64,000 nucleotides of DNA from Candidatus Bipolaricaulia bacterium. GTDB taxonomy: Bacteria; Bipolaricaulota; Bipolaricaulia; RBG-16-55-9. The notes beneath the pieces are model-generated. The model saw only the letters and a program-made list of their open reading frames with translations. It was not told the DNA's origin and ran no database searches. Positions 10,468 through 19,656 of the stretch are shown piece after piece. Position numbers and translations under genes: made by a program. Position 1 is the stretch's first letter; each line of letters begins with the position of its first letter. The stretch covers positions 1-64,000 of the forward strand of contig JBDGQO010000003.1 in the NCBI GenBank assembly GCA_042219045.1, in the 5' to 3' direction.

Positions 10468-10677
10468 TGCAAGCGGGCCAAGCGTTGTCGGGTCTTGATC
10501 CGACTGCTTCGCTTGACGGACGTCAGACTAAGGCATCAACCCCGACACATGACAGACCGCTCACCGAGCCGACTTCCATGGCATGCGGCCCCGACTGTTC
10601 GCGACATCTAGTGCCCTTGAGCCATCGCTTGACTGGGGCCTATTGAGAAATGATCGCGCTGATTCGGCTTCGAGCCA

Positions 10678-10707
10678 TTGACGGCTCAACGAGGATCGGC
10701 TTAGGAT
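10678..10707 (+). promoter_or_regulatory. Putative sigma70-type promoter of the right SBP operon
   Basis: TTGACG-18 nt-TAGGAT, followed by a GGGGAGG SD before the TTG start. Confidence 0.5.
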
Positions 10708-10739
10708 AGAGCTGTCACGTTGAGGCTAATAAGGGGAGG

Positions 10740-13199
10740 TTGACCTTGACCCAAACGATGTCATGGCAACGGCCGATGGCGATCGTCACGATGCTGCTAG
10801 GGGCGTTGGCTCTCGTAATCGGCTGCGCGGGACAGAATGAGGACCCGACCGCCGACTTCACGTACGCGCCCGAGAATCCGGAAGCGGACACGGCCGTCAC
10901 GCTGGACGCGTCCTCGGCAGAGGATCCGGACGGGGAAATTGCGGATTACATCTGGACGTTGCCGGACGGCTCGACCGTCAAGGGCGAGCAAGTGGAGCAT
11001 TCGTTCGCCGAGTCGGGCGAACATGAGGTCGAGCTGGAGGTTGTCGACGACAGCGGTGCTTCGACCACCACAACGCGGACGATCACGGTGACGCAGCCAG
11101 CTTCCGCCCAAGAGACCGAGGACTCCAACAAGGGCCAACAGCAGGCACAAGACCAGCAGACGGGGGACTCCGCGTCGGGGCAGACTCAAGATACGCAACA
11201 GGACAGCCAGACGGCTGCAGAGGGCGAGGAGCAGACCTCGCGCACACAGCGCCACCTCCAGATGTCGGCGGGGACGTCCATCAAGGTGCCCATGACCACC
11301 GAGCCGCGTAGCTTGATGCCGAATACGACGTCGGGCACCTGGGAAAGCGCGATTTCGGGGCTTTTGTTCGACAGCATGGTCACCACAGGCCCCGATCTGC
11401 GCCCTATCCCGAACGTGGCCAAGGAATGGGAGTGGAATAAGGAGAAGCTGACCTACACCTTCCACCTGCGCAAGGGGATCAAGTTCCACGACGGGCACGA
11501 AATGACGTGCGAGGACGTGATGTTCTCCTTCAAGACCGTGATGCACCCGAAATATCCGGGCGTCCGGTTCTCGAACTTCCAGAGCGTCGTCGGGGCGTAT
11601 GAGTATCGCAACCGCGTGCTGTTCAGCACGGGCATGGGGGCAGCAGATGCGCTGGACGCGGGCAACGTGCCCCAGACGATGGCCGAGCAATTCGCCGAGC
11701 ACGACCGCTCGCTTTCATCAAACTTGAGCGTCTCCTACAACAAAGAAGACCAGGTTTGGACGATCAATGACAAGGGCAACGAGGTCACCTACACGGTCTC
11801 ACAGCGAAGCGGTAAGAAACAGCTCGACGTGCAGTTGCCCAAGGGACAGACGGTCGACTGGCCCATTCCTGGTCTCGCGTGCCAGGACGACTATACCTTC
11901 GTGGCGACGCTGAACAAGGTCTCACGGAAGTTTTTGCCCTACGCGGCCGGTACGGGCATCATGCCCAAGCACGTCTACAAGCCCATGCTGGAGGAGCGGG
12001 GCTACGACAAACTGAAGGGATTGACCCGCAATGTGGGCAAACTTGTAGGCAGCGGGCCCTACAAGTTCACCACCTGGGAGACCGGGCAGTCTATTGAGTT
12101 GACCCGCAACGCAAACTACTGGCAGGGCCGGACCGTCAACCGTCGGGGCCAGACGCCGATGGGCGGTATCGAAACGATCTATTGGGTCGTGCGCCAGGAC
12201 ACGGATGCACGGTTCTCCTCGTTCCGCGCCGGCGAGATTGACGTCACGCCGACAACCGTCGATCAATACTTCCGGCTCAAGGATGGCAACAAGGCGAAAC
12301 AAGTCACGTATACCTATCCTCAGCTAGCTTACGAGTACTATCACTGGAACCTCCGGATGGACAAGTTCCAGAACGAGCAAGTCCGCCGTGCGATGTGCTG
12401 GGCCATCGACCGACAGGCGCTGGTCGACAATGTCCTCCGCGGTCTAGGAAGCGTCGCGAACGGCCCCACGCACCCTATTGCTTGGGACTATGATCCCAAA
12501 TTGCAGGAGATTCACCCCGGCTTCGACCGCGACCAAGCCATCAAGCTTATGGAAAAGGCCGGATGGAGCATCGAGCGCAACGGCAACGGCCAGATCCCCG
12601 AAAACGCCGTCTGGACCAAGACGACCGAGAGCGGCAAGACGATGAAGATGAACATCGAACTCGCCATCAACCAAGACAATCCAGCACGGAAGCGATTTGC
12701 CGTGCTCATCCAACGACAACTTGGGCAAGCGGGCTTCAAGGTCGAAATCAAAACCCTCAACACCAACGCCTTCTACAACGACTACCTGATGGGCAGCAAC
12801 GACTTCGAGACGGCCATCGCAGGCTGGCGCCTCGGAACGGACCCCGACTTGACGTCGATTTTCCATAGTGACAGCATCGGCAGCAGCTTCAACTGGATGG
12901 CCTACTCCGAAAAGTACGTGGATAAGAATCCGAAGGTCGACGCGCTCATCGAGAAGGGCCTGACTTACGTCGACATTGACAAAGCCAAGCCGGTCTACCA
13001 GAAGCTCAACCGCTTAGTTGTCCGCGACATGCCCTACTGTTGGCTGGCTCACGAAAAGGGAACGTTCGCAGCCTATTCCGATATCCAAGGCATTAAGCCC
13101 CTCCACCCGCAGGGCTGGTACATCAACATGCCGAACTGGTACGTTGCCGACAAAGGCTTGCCCATGAAAGCTCAGAATCAGACGGCGTCAGCCGAGTAG
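10740..13199 (+). CDS. Family-5 (OppA/AppA-like) substrate-binding lipoprotein with an N-terminal PKD domain
   Basis: Lipobox VIGC; PKD; Q/T/S-rich linker; YTFHLRKGIKFHDG, GSGPYKF, VRRAMCWAIDR; TTG start with strong SD. Confidence 0.88.
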   Translation: MTLTQTMSWQRPMAIVTMLLGALALVIGCAGQNEDPTADFTYAPENPEADTAVTLDASSAEDPDGEIADYIWTLPDGSTVKGEQVEHSFAESGEHEVELEVVDDSGASTTTTRTITVTQPASAQETEDSNKGQQQAQDQQTGDSASGQTQDTQQDSQTAAEGEEQTSRTQRHLQMSAGTSIKVPMTTEPRSLMPNTTSGTWESAISGLLFDSMVTTGPDLRPIPNVAKEWEWNKEKLTYTFHLRKGIKFHDGHEMTCEDVMFSFKTVMHPKYPGVRFSNFQSVVGAYEYRNRVLFSTGMGAADALDAGNVPQTMAEQFAEHDRSLSSNLSVSYNKEDQVWTINDKGNEVTYTVSQRSGKKQLDVQLPKGQTVDWPIPGLACQDDYTFVATLNKVSRKFLPYAAGTGIMPKHVYKPMLEERGYDKLKGLTRNVGKLVGSGPYKFTTWETGQSIELTRNANYWQGRTVNRRGQTPMGGIETIYWVVRQDTDARFSSFRAGEIDVTPTTVDQYFRLKDGNKAKQVTYTYPQLAYEYYHWNLRMDKFQNEQVRRAMCWAIDRQALVDNVLRGLGSVANGPTHPIAWDYDPKLQEIHPGFDRDQAIKLMEKAGWSIERNGNGQIPENAVWTKTTESGKTMKMNIELAINQDNPARKRFAVLIQRQLGQAGFKVEIKTLNTNAFYNDYLMGSNDFETAIAGWRLGTDPDLTSIFHSDSIGSSFNWMAYSEKYVDKNPKVDALIEKGLTYVDIDKAKPVYQKLNRLVVRDMPYCWLAHEKGTFAAYSDIQGIKPLHPQGWYINMPNWYVADKGLPMKAQNQTASAE

Positions 13200-13254
13200 C
13201 TGACACCGTCAGTCGAGGCCGTATTCTGGAGGCGACGTCAGCGAGGATCTGACA

Positions 13255-14208
13255 ATGCTGGGGTTTATCATCCGGCGAACGCTCGTGCTCATTCCGACGC
13301 TCCTGGTGACGACGATGATCATTTTCGGCATGATGCAGCTCATGCCAGGAGAGCCCATCGACATCTTCCTCAGCCCGAACGTCACGATGACAGAGCAGGA
13401 GAAGGAGAACTTCAGGGAACAGCACGGGCTTGACGACCCCATCTACGTCCAGTACGTGACGTGGCTGACCGACTTTTTCCAAGGCGACATGGGCCGATCG
13501 TTCAACTACGGGCAACCTGTTTGGGATCTCATTAAGGTTCGCATCGGGCCGACGGCGCTGTTGGCGGGGACATCACTGTTGCTCGCCTTAGCGGTCTCGA
13601 TCGTCTTCGGCACGATCAGCGCGGTTCGCCAATACACCATGCTCGACAACGTCGTCACCGGCGCGTCGTTCTTCGGCGTGTCGCTGCCCGACTTCTGGTT
13701 CGCGCTGATTTTGATCTTCGTCTTTCCCGTCTCGCTGGATGTGCTGCCCACTAGCGGCATGAACTCGGTCAAAGGCGGCGGCGTGCTCGACGTCTTGCGA
13801 CACATGATCCTGCCCGTCATCGTGCTGTCCACGGCCCAGACCGCGATCCTGACCCGCTATATGCGTTCCTCGGTGCTGGAGGTGCTGCACGAGGAGTTCG
13901 TCTCCTCGGCCCGGGCCAAAGGCCTCGGTGAGTTTGCGGTCATCGTCAAGCACGTCATGCGCAACTCGATGATGACGATCGTGACGATCGTCGGTCTATC
14001 ATTGCCGTTTTTCCTGAGCGGGGCGCTCATCGTCGAACAAGTGTTCAGTTGGCCGGGCTTGGGCCAGTTCTTCTGGCGCTCCGTGGGGCAACGCGATTAC
14101 CCGGTCATCATGGCTTTGCTGACGATGACGTCGTTCCTGACGCTTTTGGGCAACTTTCTGGCCGATCTGGCCTACGGATTCTTGGATCCACGGATTCAGT
14201 ATGACTGA
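13255..14208 (+). CDS. oppB: Peptide ABC transporter permease (OppB/AppB-like)
   Basis: GLDDPIYVQY, GDMGRS, SARAKGL, FSWPGLG, RDYPVI, LDPRI. Confidence 0.92.
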   Translation: MLGFIIRRTLVLIPTLLVTTMIIFGMMQLMPGEPIDIFLSPNVTMTEQEKENFREQHGLDDPIYVQYVTWLTDFFQGDMGRSFNYGQPVWDLIKVRIGPTALLAGTSLLLALAVSIVFGTISAVRQYTMLDNVVTGASFFGVSLPDFWFALILIFVFPVSLDVLPTSGMNSVKGGGVLDVLRHMILPVIVLSTAQTAILTRYMRSSVLEVLHEEFVSSARAKGLGEFAVIVKHVMRNSMMTIVTIVGLSLPFFLSGALIVEQVFSWPGLGQFFWRSVGQRDYPVIMALLTMTSFLTLLGNFLADLAYGFLDPRIQYD

Positions 14209-14421
14209 CGAGACCCTGCAAGCGCGGATGCCGACGTGCCACCGATCTCACGAATTACGGACCACCGCACAGGTCCTGTCAACCCCTGGCCGCAACGATG
14301 GCCCAGCTGACAGCAACCGCTTTACCAAACGTCTGCCGTCATCAGTAACATTCCGTCAGCGCTCACCGATCAACCGCTGCCCGACCGACCGACAGTCGTA
14401 ATGGCGAGGTAAATCGGGACC

Positions 14422-15336
14422 ATGGCGCAAGCGCAAACGACTTCGAGAATCGGAGACGACACACAGGACACGCAAGCGGCCGAGACCCGCAGCTTCGCCA
14501 AGCTGTTTTGGAACCAACTGAAGCGGAATCCGTTGGTGATCGCAGCCCTCGTCATTTTGGCGTTGTTGTACGCGATGATGGGGGCCTCCTTTCTTCTCGA
14601 AGATTTCCCCCCCTATGACCCGAACAAGCCGTTCGTCGGTCCTCGACTCGAAGGGCCGAGCCCCGAGCACTGGTTCGGCACGGATCACCTCGGTCGCGAC
14701 CTGTTCAGCCGCGTCGTCGTAGGCTCGCAGATCTCGCTCAATATCGGCATTCTGGTGGCATTGCTCAGCGTTAGTATTGGAACTTTGCTGGGATCAGTGG
14801 CCGGATACTTCGGCGGTTGGATCGACAGCTTGATCATGCGCTTTACTGACATCGTCCTCAACTTCCCGTTTCTGTTTTTTGCCATCACCCTCGTGACCAT
14901 CCTGCAGCCGAACTTCTGGAACATCGTCCTGGCCATCGGACTGCTATCCTGGACCAGTATTGCCCGTATCGTTCGGGCGAACTTTCTCTCGTTGCGAGAG
15001 CGGGAGTTTGTCCTGGCGGCCCATTCGCTCGGGGCCCCCGCAAGGCGAATCATCATCCGCCATATCCTCCCCAACACCGTCGCCCCGCTCATCGTGTATG
15101 CCACGCTCACCGTCGGTATTGCCATCATTGCCGAAGCCGGGCTAAGCTATCTTGGGCTCGGGGTCCAGCCGCCGACGCCGAGCTGGGGCAACATGCTCCA
15201 GCAGGGCAAGCCCTACATCAGCAGCCATATCTGGTTTACGCTCTTCCCCGGCCTGTTCATTTTCGTCACCGTCATGTGCGTCAACTACCTCGGAGATGGG
15301 CTCCGCGACGCACTCGATCCGAAGATCGTCACGTAA
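14422..15336 (+). CDS. oppC: Peptide ABC transporter permease (OppC/AppC-like)
   Basis: HWFGTDHLGRD, REFVLAAHSLGA, LGLGVQPPTPSWG, GDGLRDALDPK. Confidence 0.92.
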   Translation: MAQAQTTSRIGDDTQDTQAAETRSFAKLFWNQLKRNPLVIAALVILALLYAMMGASFLLEDFPPYDPNKPFVGPRLEGPSPEHWFGTDHLGRDLFSRVVVGSQISLNIGILVALLSVSIGTLLGSVAGYFGGWIDSLIMRFTDIVLNFPFLFFAITLVTILQPNFWNIVLAIGLLSWTSIARIVRANFLSLREREFVLAAHSLGAPARRIIIRHILPNTVAPLIVYATLTVGIAIIAEAGLSYLGLGVQPPTPSWGNMLQQGKPYISSHIWFTLFPGLFIFVTVMCVNYLGDGLRDALDPKIVT

Positions 15337-15416
15337 GCTCGGCGCCGCAACGATCCGCTCCCCGTTGAACGCCTGTTCTCGCGATCTCACAACGTCGCGA
15401 CCGTCACGCAGATGCC

Positions 15417-15445
15417 TTTACAGGATCAGGCGGTCCACCTATAAT
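15417..15445 (+). promoter_or_regulatory. Sigma70-type promoter of dnaB
   Basis: TTTACA-17 nt-TATAAT; GTG start 15 nt downstream of the -10 with no SD. Confidence 0.7.
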
Positions 15446-15460
15446 TGGAACGTGATTTAA

Positions 15461-16882
15461 GTGGCCGAACAAGCCCGTTCCCTTCCGAAGAATCGCGAAG
15501 CTGAGCAGGTCGTCCTCGGCAGCGCGCTCATCGAGGCCGAGACGGTCATGCCGCCCGTCACGGAGAAGCTCCAGCCGGTCCACTTCTACTTTCGAGCGCA
15601 CCGGGTCATCTTCCAGACGCTGATCGAGCTGTTCGAGACGGGCGAACCGATCGACCCCATCACCGCCGGCAACCGTCTCGAGGAGAAGAACGTGCTTCCC
15701 GAAGTGGGCGGCCGCGCTTATCTGAGCGAGCTCGTCTCGGCTGTTACGACGACGACGTCGGTGGGCTACTACGCCGATATCATCGCCAAGAAGGCGCTCC
15801 TGCGCGGTCTGGCTCAAGTCGGCCAGGAGATCACCGAGCTCGGCTACCAAGAGGACGAGGATACCGACGAGCTGCTCGACACGGCCGAGGAAAAGGTCTT
15901 TGAAGTGTCACGCCAGACGCTCAAGGAGAGCTACCACGCGCTGGGCGAGATCCTCCACAGCCACCTCGATCACCTGGAAAAGCTGCAAAGCCCCCAACGC
16001 AGCAGCGTGACAGGGCTGTCTTCCGGCTTCAAGGAGTACGACAAGCGGACGGCGGGCTTCCATCCTTCCGACCTGCTCATCCTGGCCGGGCGTCCGTCCA
16101 TGGGCAAGTCGAGCTTCGCCTTCTCCATTGCGCGCCACGTGGCGCTCAACGAAGGGAAATCCGTCGGCCTCTTCAGCCTGGAGATGACGAAGGAGCAGCT
16201 GATCGAGCGGCTGCTCTGTGCCGAGGCTCAGGTCAATCTCCTGCGCCTGCGCAGCGGCTATTTGGGGGCCGACAGCGACGCGTGGCGCCGCATCATGATG
16301 GCGGCCAATCGGCTGCAGAACGCCACGATCCTCGTCGACGACACGCCGGCGGCTTCCGTCATGGAGATCAAGGCCAAGGCGCGGCGCATGAAGGCCGAGC
16401 ACGGCTTGGATCTGCTGATCATCGACTACCTCCAGTTGGTCGAGGGCGGCACGCGGGTCGAGATGCGTGAACAAGAGATTTCCTACATCACGCGCTCGTT
16501 CAAGGGCCTTGCCCGCGAGCTGGACTGCCCCGTGATGTCGCTGTCACAGCTGTCGCGGGCGTTGGAGCGACGGGATTCCAAACGTCCCCGTCTGTCGGAT
16601 CTGCGCGAATCCGGCGAGATCGAACAGACTGCCGACGTCGTCCTCTTTCTCTATCGAGAAGAGTACTACGAGGACAAGGAGCCGAGCGAAAACGGCGAGG
16701 ACGCAGAGCCCGCCGGCGACCAAGACTCCCCGATCAGCCCGACGGAGGTCATCATCGGCAAGCAGCGCAACGGCCCCGTCGGCTCGTTCCAGGTCGGGTT
16801 CCACAAGGTCTACGCCACCTTCCACGAGCTCCATCCGTTCGACGAGGTCGGCTCAGGAAGCGGTGCCCAACCTCCGTTCTAG
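15461..16882 (+). CDS. dnaB: Replicative DNA helicase DnaB
   Basis: EAEQVVLGSAL, LAGRPSMGKS, FSLEM, IIDYLQL, LSQLSR, RPRLSDLRESG, KQRNGP; no intein. Confidence 0.97.
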   Translation: MAEQARSLPKNREAEQVVLGSALIEAETVMPPVTEKLQPVHFYFRAHRVIFQTLIELFETGEPIDPITAGNRLEEKNVLPEVGGRAYLSELVSAVTTTTSVGYYADIIAKKALLRGLAQVGQEITELGYQEDEDTDELLDTAEEKVFEVSRQTLKESYHALGEILHSHLDHLEKLQSPQRSSVTGLSSGFKEYDKRTAGFHPSDLLILAGRPSMGKSSFAFSIARHVALNEGKSVGLFSLEMTKEQLIERLLCAEAQVNLLRLRSGYLGADSDAWRRIMMAANRLQNATILVDDTPAASVMEIKAKARRMKAEHGLDLLIIDYLQLVEGGTRVEMREQEISYITRSFKGLARELDCPVMSLSQLSRALERRDSKRPRLSDLRESGEIEQTADVVLFLYREEYYEDKEPSENGEDAEPAGDQDSPISPTEVIIGKQRNGPVGSFQVGFHKVYATFHELHPFDEVGSGSGAQPPF

Positions 16883-16902
16883 ACCGCCTGCCGTTCGTAA
16901 CG

Positions 16903-16931
16903 TTGTCCTCACGCCGCGTCCGGGCTATAAT
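16903..16931 (+). promoter_or_regulatory. Sigma70-type promoter of the liv operon
   Basis: TTGTCC-17 nt-TATAAT. Confidence 0.65.
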
Positions 16932-17000
16932 CGCCTTCATGTCTGACTGAGATCATCAGCCAGACCTCGAAAAAGCGCAACCTGGGGTTCAAACACAAAC

Positions 17001-17822
17001 ATGGCGGGCGAGGAGGCACCCAAGCCACCAGAGAACGACGGGCGTGCGTTGCTGAGCGTGCGCGATGTTGTCCGGGATTTCGGCGGCCTGCGGGCTGTCG
17101 ACCACTGCAGCCTGGACGTTCAGCGCGGCACGATCACGGGCCTGATCGGCCCGAACGGGGCGGGCAAATCGACGCTGTTCAACCTGATCACCGGCTTCTA
17201 CCGTCCAGATGGGGGCAGCGTCCAGTTCAACGGCCGTGACATTACCGGCTTACCGCCACACCGCATCTTCCATCTCGGCCTCTGCCGAACGTTTCAGATT
17301 CCGCACGAGCAACAAGGCATGACCGTTCTGGAGAATCTGATGCTCGTGCCGCCCAACCAGCTGGGCGAGTCGCTTTGGAACCCCATCTTCCGGCCTCGCG
17401 CCGTGCACCGCCAGGAGCTGGAAATTCGCGACAAGGCCCATGAAGTCTTGGACTTCGTCGATCTCTTCCACCTCAAGGACGAGCTGGCGGCCGGCCTCTC
17501 CGGCGGCCAGAAGAAGCTGTTGGAGCTGGCGCGCACGCTGATGGCTGATCCCGATCTCGTCTTGCTCGACGAACCCGGCGCGGGCGTCAACCGGACGCTC
17601 ATGAAAAAGCTGAGCGCCAACATCGAGGAACTGCGCCGAGATCGCGGCATCACGTTCCTGGTGATCGAGCACGACATGGATCTGGTCATGTCGCTGTGCA
17701 ACCCCGTCATCGTCATGAGCGAGGGCCACAAGCTCATGGAAGGCACCCCCGAAGAGGTGCGCAACGATCAACGCGTGCTCGACGCCTATCTGGGAGGCCA
17801 GTATGCCGTTGCTGAAGGCTGA
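17001..17822 (+). CDS. livG: Branched-chain/neutral amino acid ABC ATPase (LivG-like)
   Basis: FGGLRAVD, GPNGAGKS, RTFQ, LSGGQKK, LDEP, IEHDM, DAYLG. Confidence 0.92.
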   Translation: MAGEEAPKPPENDGRALLSVRDVVRDFGGLRAVDHCSLDVQRGTITGLIGPNGAGKSTLFNLITGFYRPDGGSVQFNGRDITGLPPHRIFHLGLCRTFQIPHEQQGMTVLENLMLVPPNQLGESLWNPIFRPRAVHRQELEIRDKAHEVLDFVDLFHLKDELAAGLSGGQKKLLELARTLMADPDLVLLDEPGAGVNRTLMKKLSANIEELRRDRGITFLVIEHDMDLVMSLCNPVIVMSEGHKLMEGTPEEVRNDQRVLDAYLGGQYAVAEG

Positions 17823-18510
17823 AGGCGTCACCAGCGGCTACGGGGACATGCAGGTTCTCGGCGAGGTCTCCATGTCGATCGGCGAGGGGGAGATCGTCTC
17901 GATCATCGGCCCGAACGGCGCGGGCAAGTCGACGTTCATGAAGACGGTATTTGGGCTCTTGAAACCCTGGGAGGGGACGATTCGGTTCAACGACAAGGAG
18001 ATCGGGGGACTTTCCCCCGATCAGATCGTGCGTGAGGGCATGTGCTACGTCCCCCAGGTGGCCAACGTCTTCACCACGCTGACCGTCGAGGAGAATTTGG
18101 AGATGGGGGCATTCATTCTCAAGGACGGCGATCTCCAGGCCCGCAAAGACCACGTCTACGAGCTGTTTCCGCAATTGAAGGAACGACGTGGCCAGCGGGC
18201 CGGCAAGATGAGCGGCGGCGAGCGCCAGATGGTCGCCATGGGCCGGGCGTTGATGCTCAACCCACAGCTGTTGCTCTTGGATGAGCCCTCTGCGGCCTTG
18301 GCGCCCAAGCTTGTCGACATGATCTTCGAGCGCATCACCGATATCAACGAGACGGGCGTGGCCATCATCATGGTGGAACAGAACGCCAAAAAGTCGCTAA
18401 AAATGGCCGATCAGGGCTATGTCCTGGCCAACGGCGAAAACCGCTTTGAAGGCACGGGCGAGGATCTCTTGAACGATCCCGAAGTTGCCCGGCTCTATCT
18501 GGGAGGCTAA
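17803..18510 (+). CDS. livF: Branched-chain/neutral amino acid ABC ATPase (LivF-like)
   Basis: GPNGAGKS, LTVEENLEMG, MSGGERQM, LDEPS, VEQN, LYLGG. Confidence 0.92.
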   Translation: MPLLKAEGVTSGYGDMQVLGEVSMSIGEGEIVSIIGPNGAGKSTFMKTVFGLLKPWEGTIRFNDKEIGGLSPDQIVREGMCYVPQVANVFTTLTVEENLEMGAFILKDGDLQARKDHVYELFPQLKERRGQRAGKMSGGERQMVAMGRALMLNPQLLLLDEPSAALAPKLVDMIFERITDINETGVAIIMVEQNAKKSLKMADQGYVLANGENRFEGTGEDLLNDPEVARLYLGG

Positions 18511-18513
18511 GAC

Positions 18514-19650
18514 ATGAGCGACCCTCAACGCCCCGACCGTCCAAACCACAACCCCCAGGATTCCGAATCTCCAGACGTCTCTAGCGCTCGGAGCTCCTCG
18601 GATGTCACGCTCGGCAGCACGGCGGCCCCTCCGGTTCAGGGCGGGTTCCGCCGGTTCATCGAAAAAGCGGGACGTCCCTTGGCGATTCTGTTATTCGCGG
18701 TTCTGCTGGTTGCTCTCTGGGTGGAGAACCCTCAGGTATCGTTCAATAACTTCATCTCGCTGACGATCCGCGGCATCATGCTGGGCAGCATCATCGCCGT
18801 CAGCGCCATCGGGTTGACGCTCGTCTATGGCGTCGTGAAGTTTCCCAATTTCGCCCACGGCGACCTCATGTCCGCCGGTGCTTACGTCGGGCTTGCGTCC
18901 CTTGCCGTGTTGCCCCAGACGGAACAGATCGGGCCGTTCACCTTCGGTTGGGAGTTCATTCTGAGCCTGTTGATCAGCATGCCGGTTGTGGGCGGAATCG
19001 CCGCGCTTGCTGATCGATTGGTCTACCGTCCGCTCCGGGAACGGTCGGCCGGGTTGGTGCTGCTGGCAATGTCGTCACTGGGCATGGCGTTCTTCATTCG
19101 CAGCTTGATCTATCTCATCTGGGGGGCCGACTTCCACTTTTACTATGCGGGGCGGCTGACGCCCGCCGTCGAGCTTTTTAGCGGCATCCAGATTCCGCCG
19201 GACCAGTTTTTCATTTTAGGCATCTCGCTCGTGTTGATCGTGCTGACGTATCTGTTGCTGGAGCGGACCAAACTGGGCAAAGCCATGCGGGCGACCGCGG
19301 ATAACGTCGATTTGGCGAAGGTCACGGGCATCAACACGGATCGTGTCATCCTCTGGACCTGGATCATCGGCGGCGCTCTGGCCGCAATCGGCGGCGTGCT
19401 CTACGGGCTCAATCTCCAGCTGCGCCCGACGATGGGCTTCTTCTTCCTCGTGCCAGTCTTTGCTGCCGTGATCATGGGCAGCATTGGCAATCCCTACGGG
19501 GCCCTTGTGGGCGGCTTGATCATCGGCGTCATTTGGATGGTGTCCACGATGTTTGTCAACTCGACGTACGGACCGGGCATGGCCTTCCTTGTCATGATTC
19601 TGATGCTGCTGGTGCGCCCACAGGGCATCTTCGGCAGCCGGGGAGCGTGA
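18514..19650 (+). CDS. livH: Branched-chain amino acid ABC permease (LivH-like)
   Basis: IGLTLVYG...NFAHGD, TKLGKAMRA, VRPQGIFG. Confidence 0.9.
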   Translation: MSDPQRPDRPNHNPQDSESPDVSSARSSSDVTLGSTAAPPVQGGFRRFIEKAGRPLAILLFAVLLVALWVENPQVSFNNFISLTIRGIMLGSIIAVSAIGLTLVYGVVKFPNFAHGDLMSAGAYVGLASLAVLPQTEQIGPFTFGWEFILSLLISMPVVGGIAALADRLVYRPLRERSAGLVLLAMSSLGMAFFIRSLIYLIWGADFHFYYAGRLTPAVELFSGIQIPPDQFFILGISLVLIVLTYLLLERTKLGKAMRATADNVDLAKVTGINTDRVILWTWIIGGALAAIGGVLYGLNLQLRPTMGFFFLVPVFAAVIMGSIGNPYGALVGGLIIGVIWMVSTMFVNSTYGPGMAFLVMILMLLVRPQGIFGSRGA

Positions 19651-19656
19651 TCGCAC

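Noticed and set aside
14201..14401. 66-aa ORF between oppB and oppC
   Set aside because: No motif, no TM segment and atypical composition; treated as intergenic
15461..16882. Intein in DnaB
   Set aside because: Normal length (473 aa) with contiguous motifs; only a short acidic loop insertion near the C-terminus
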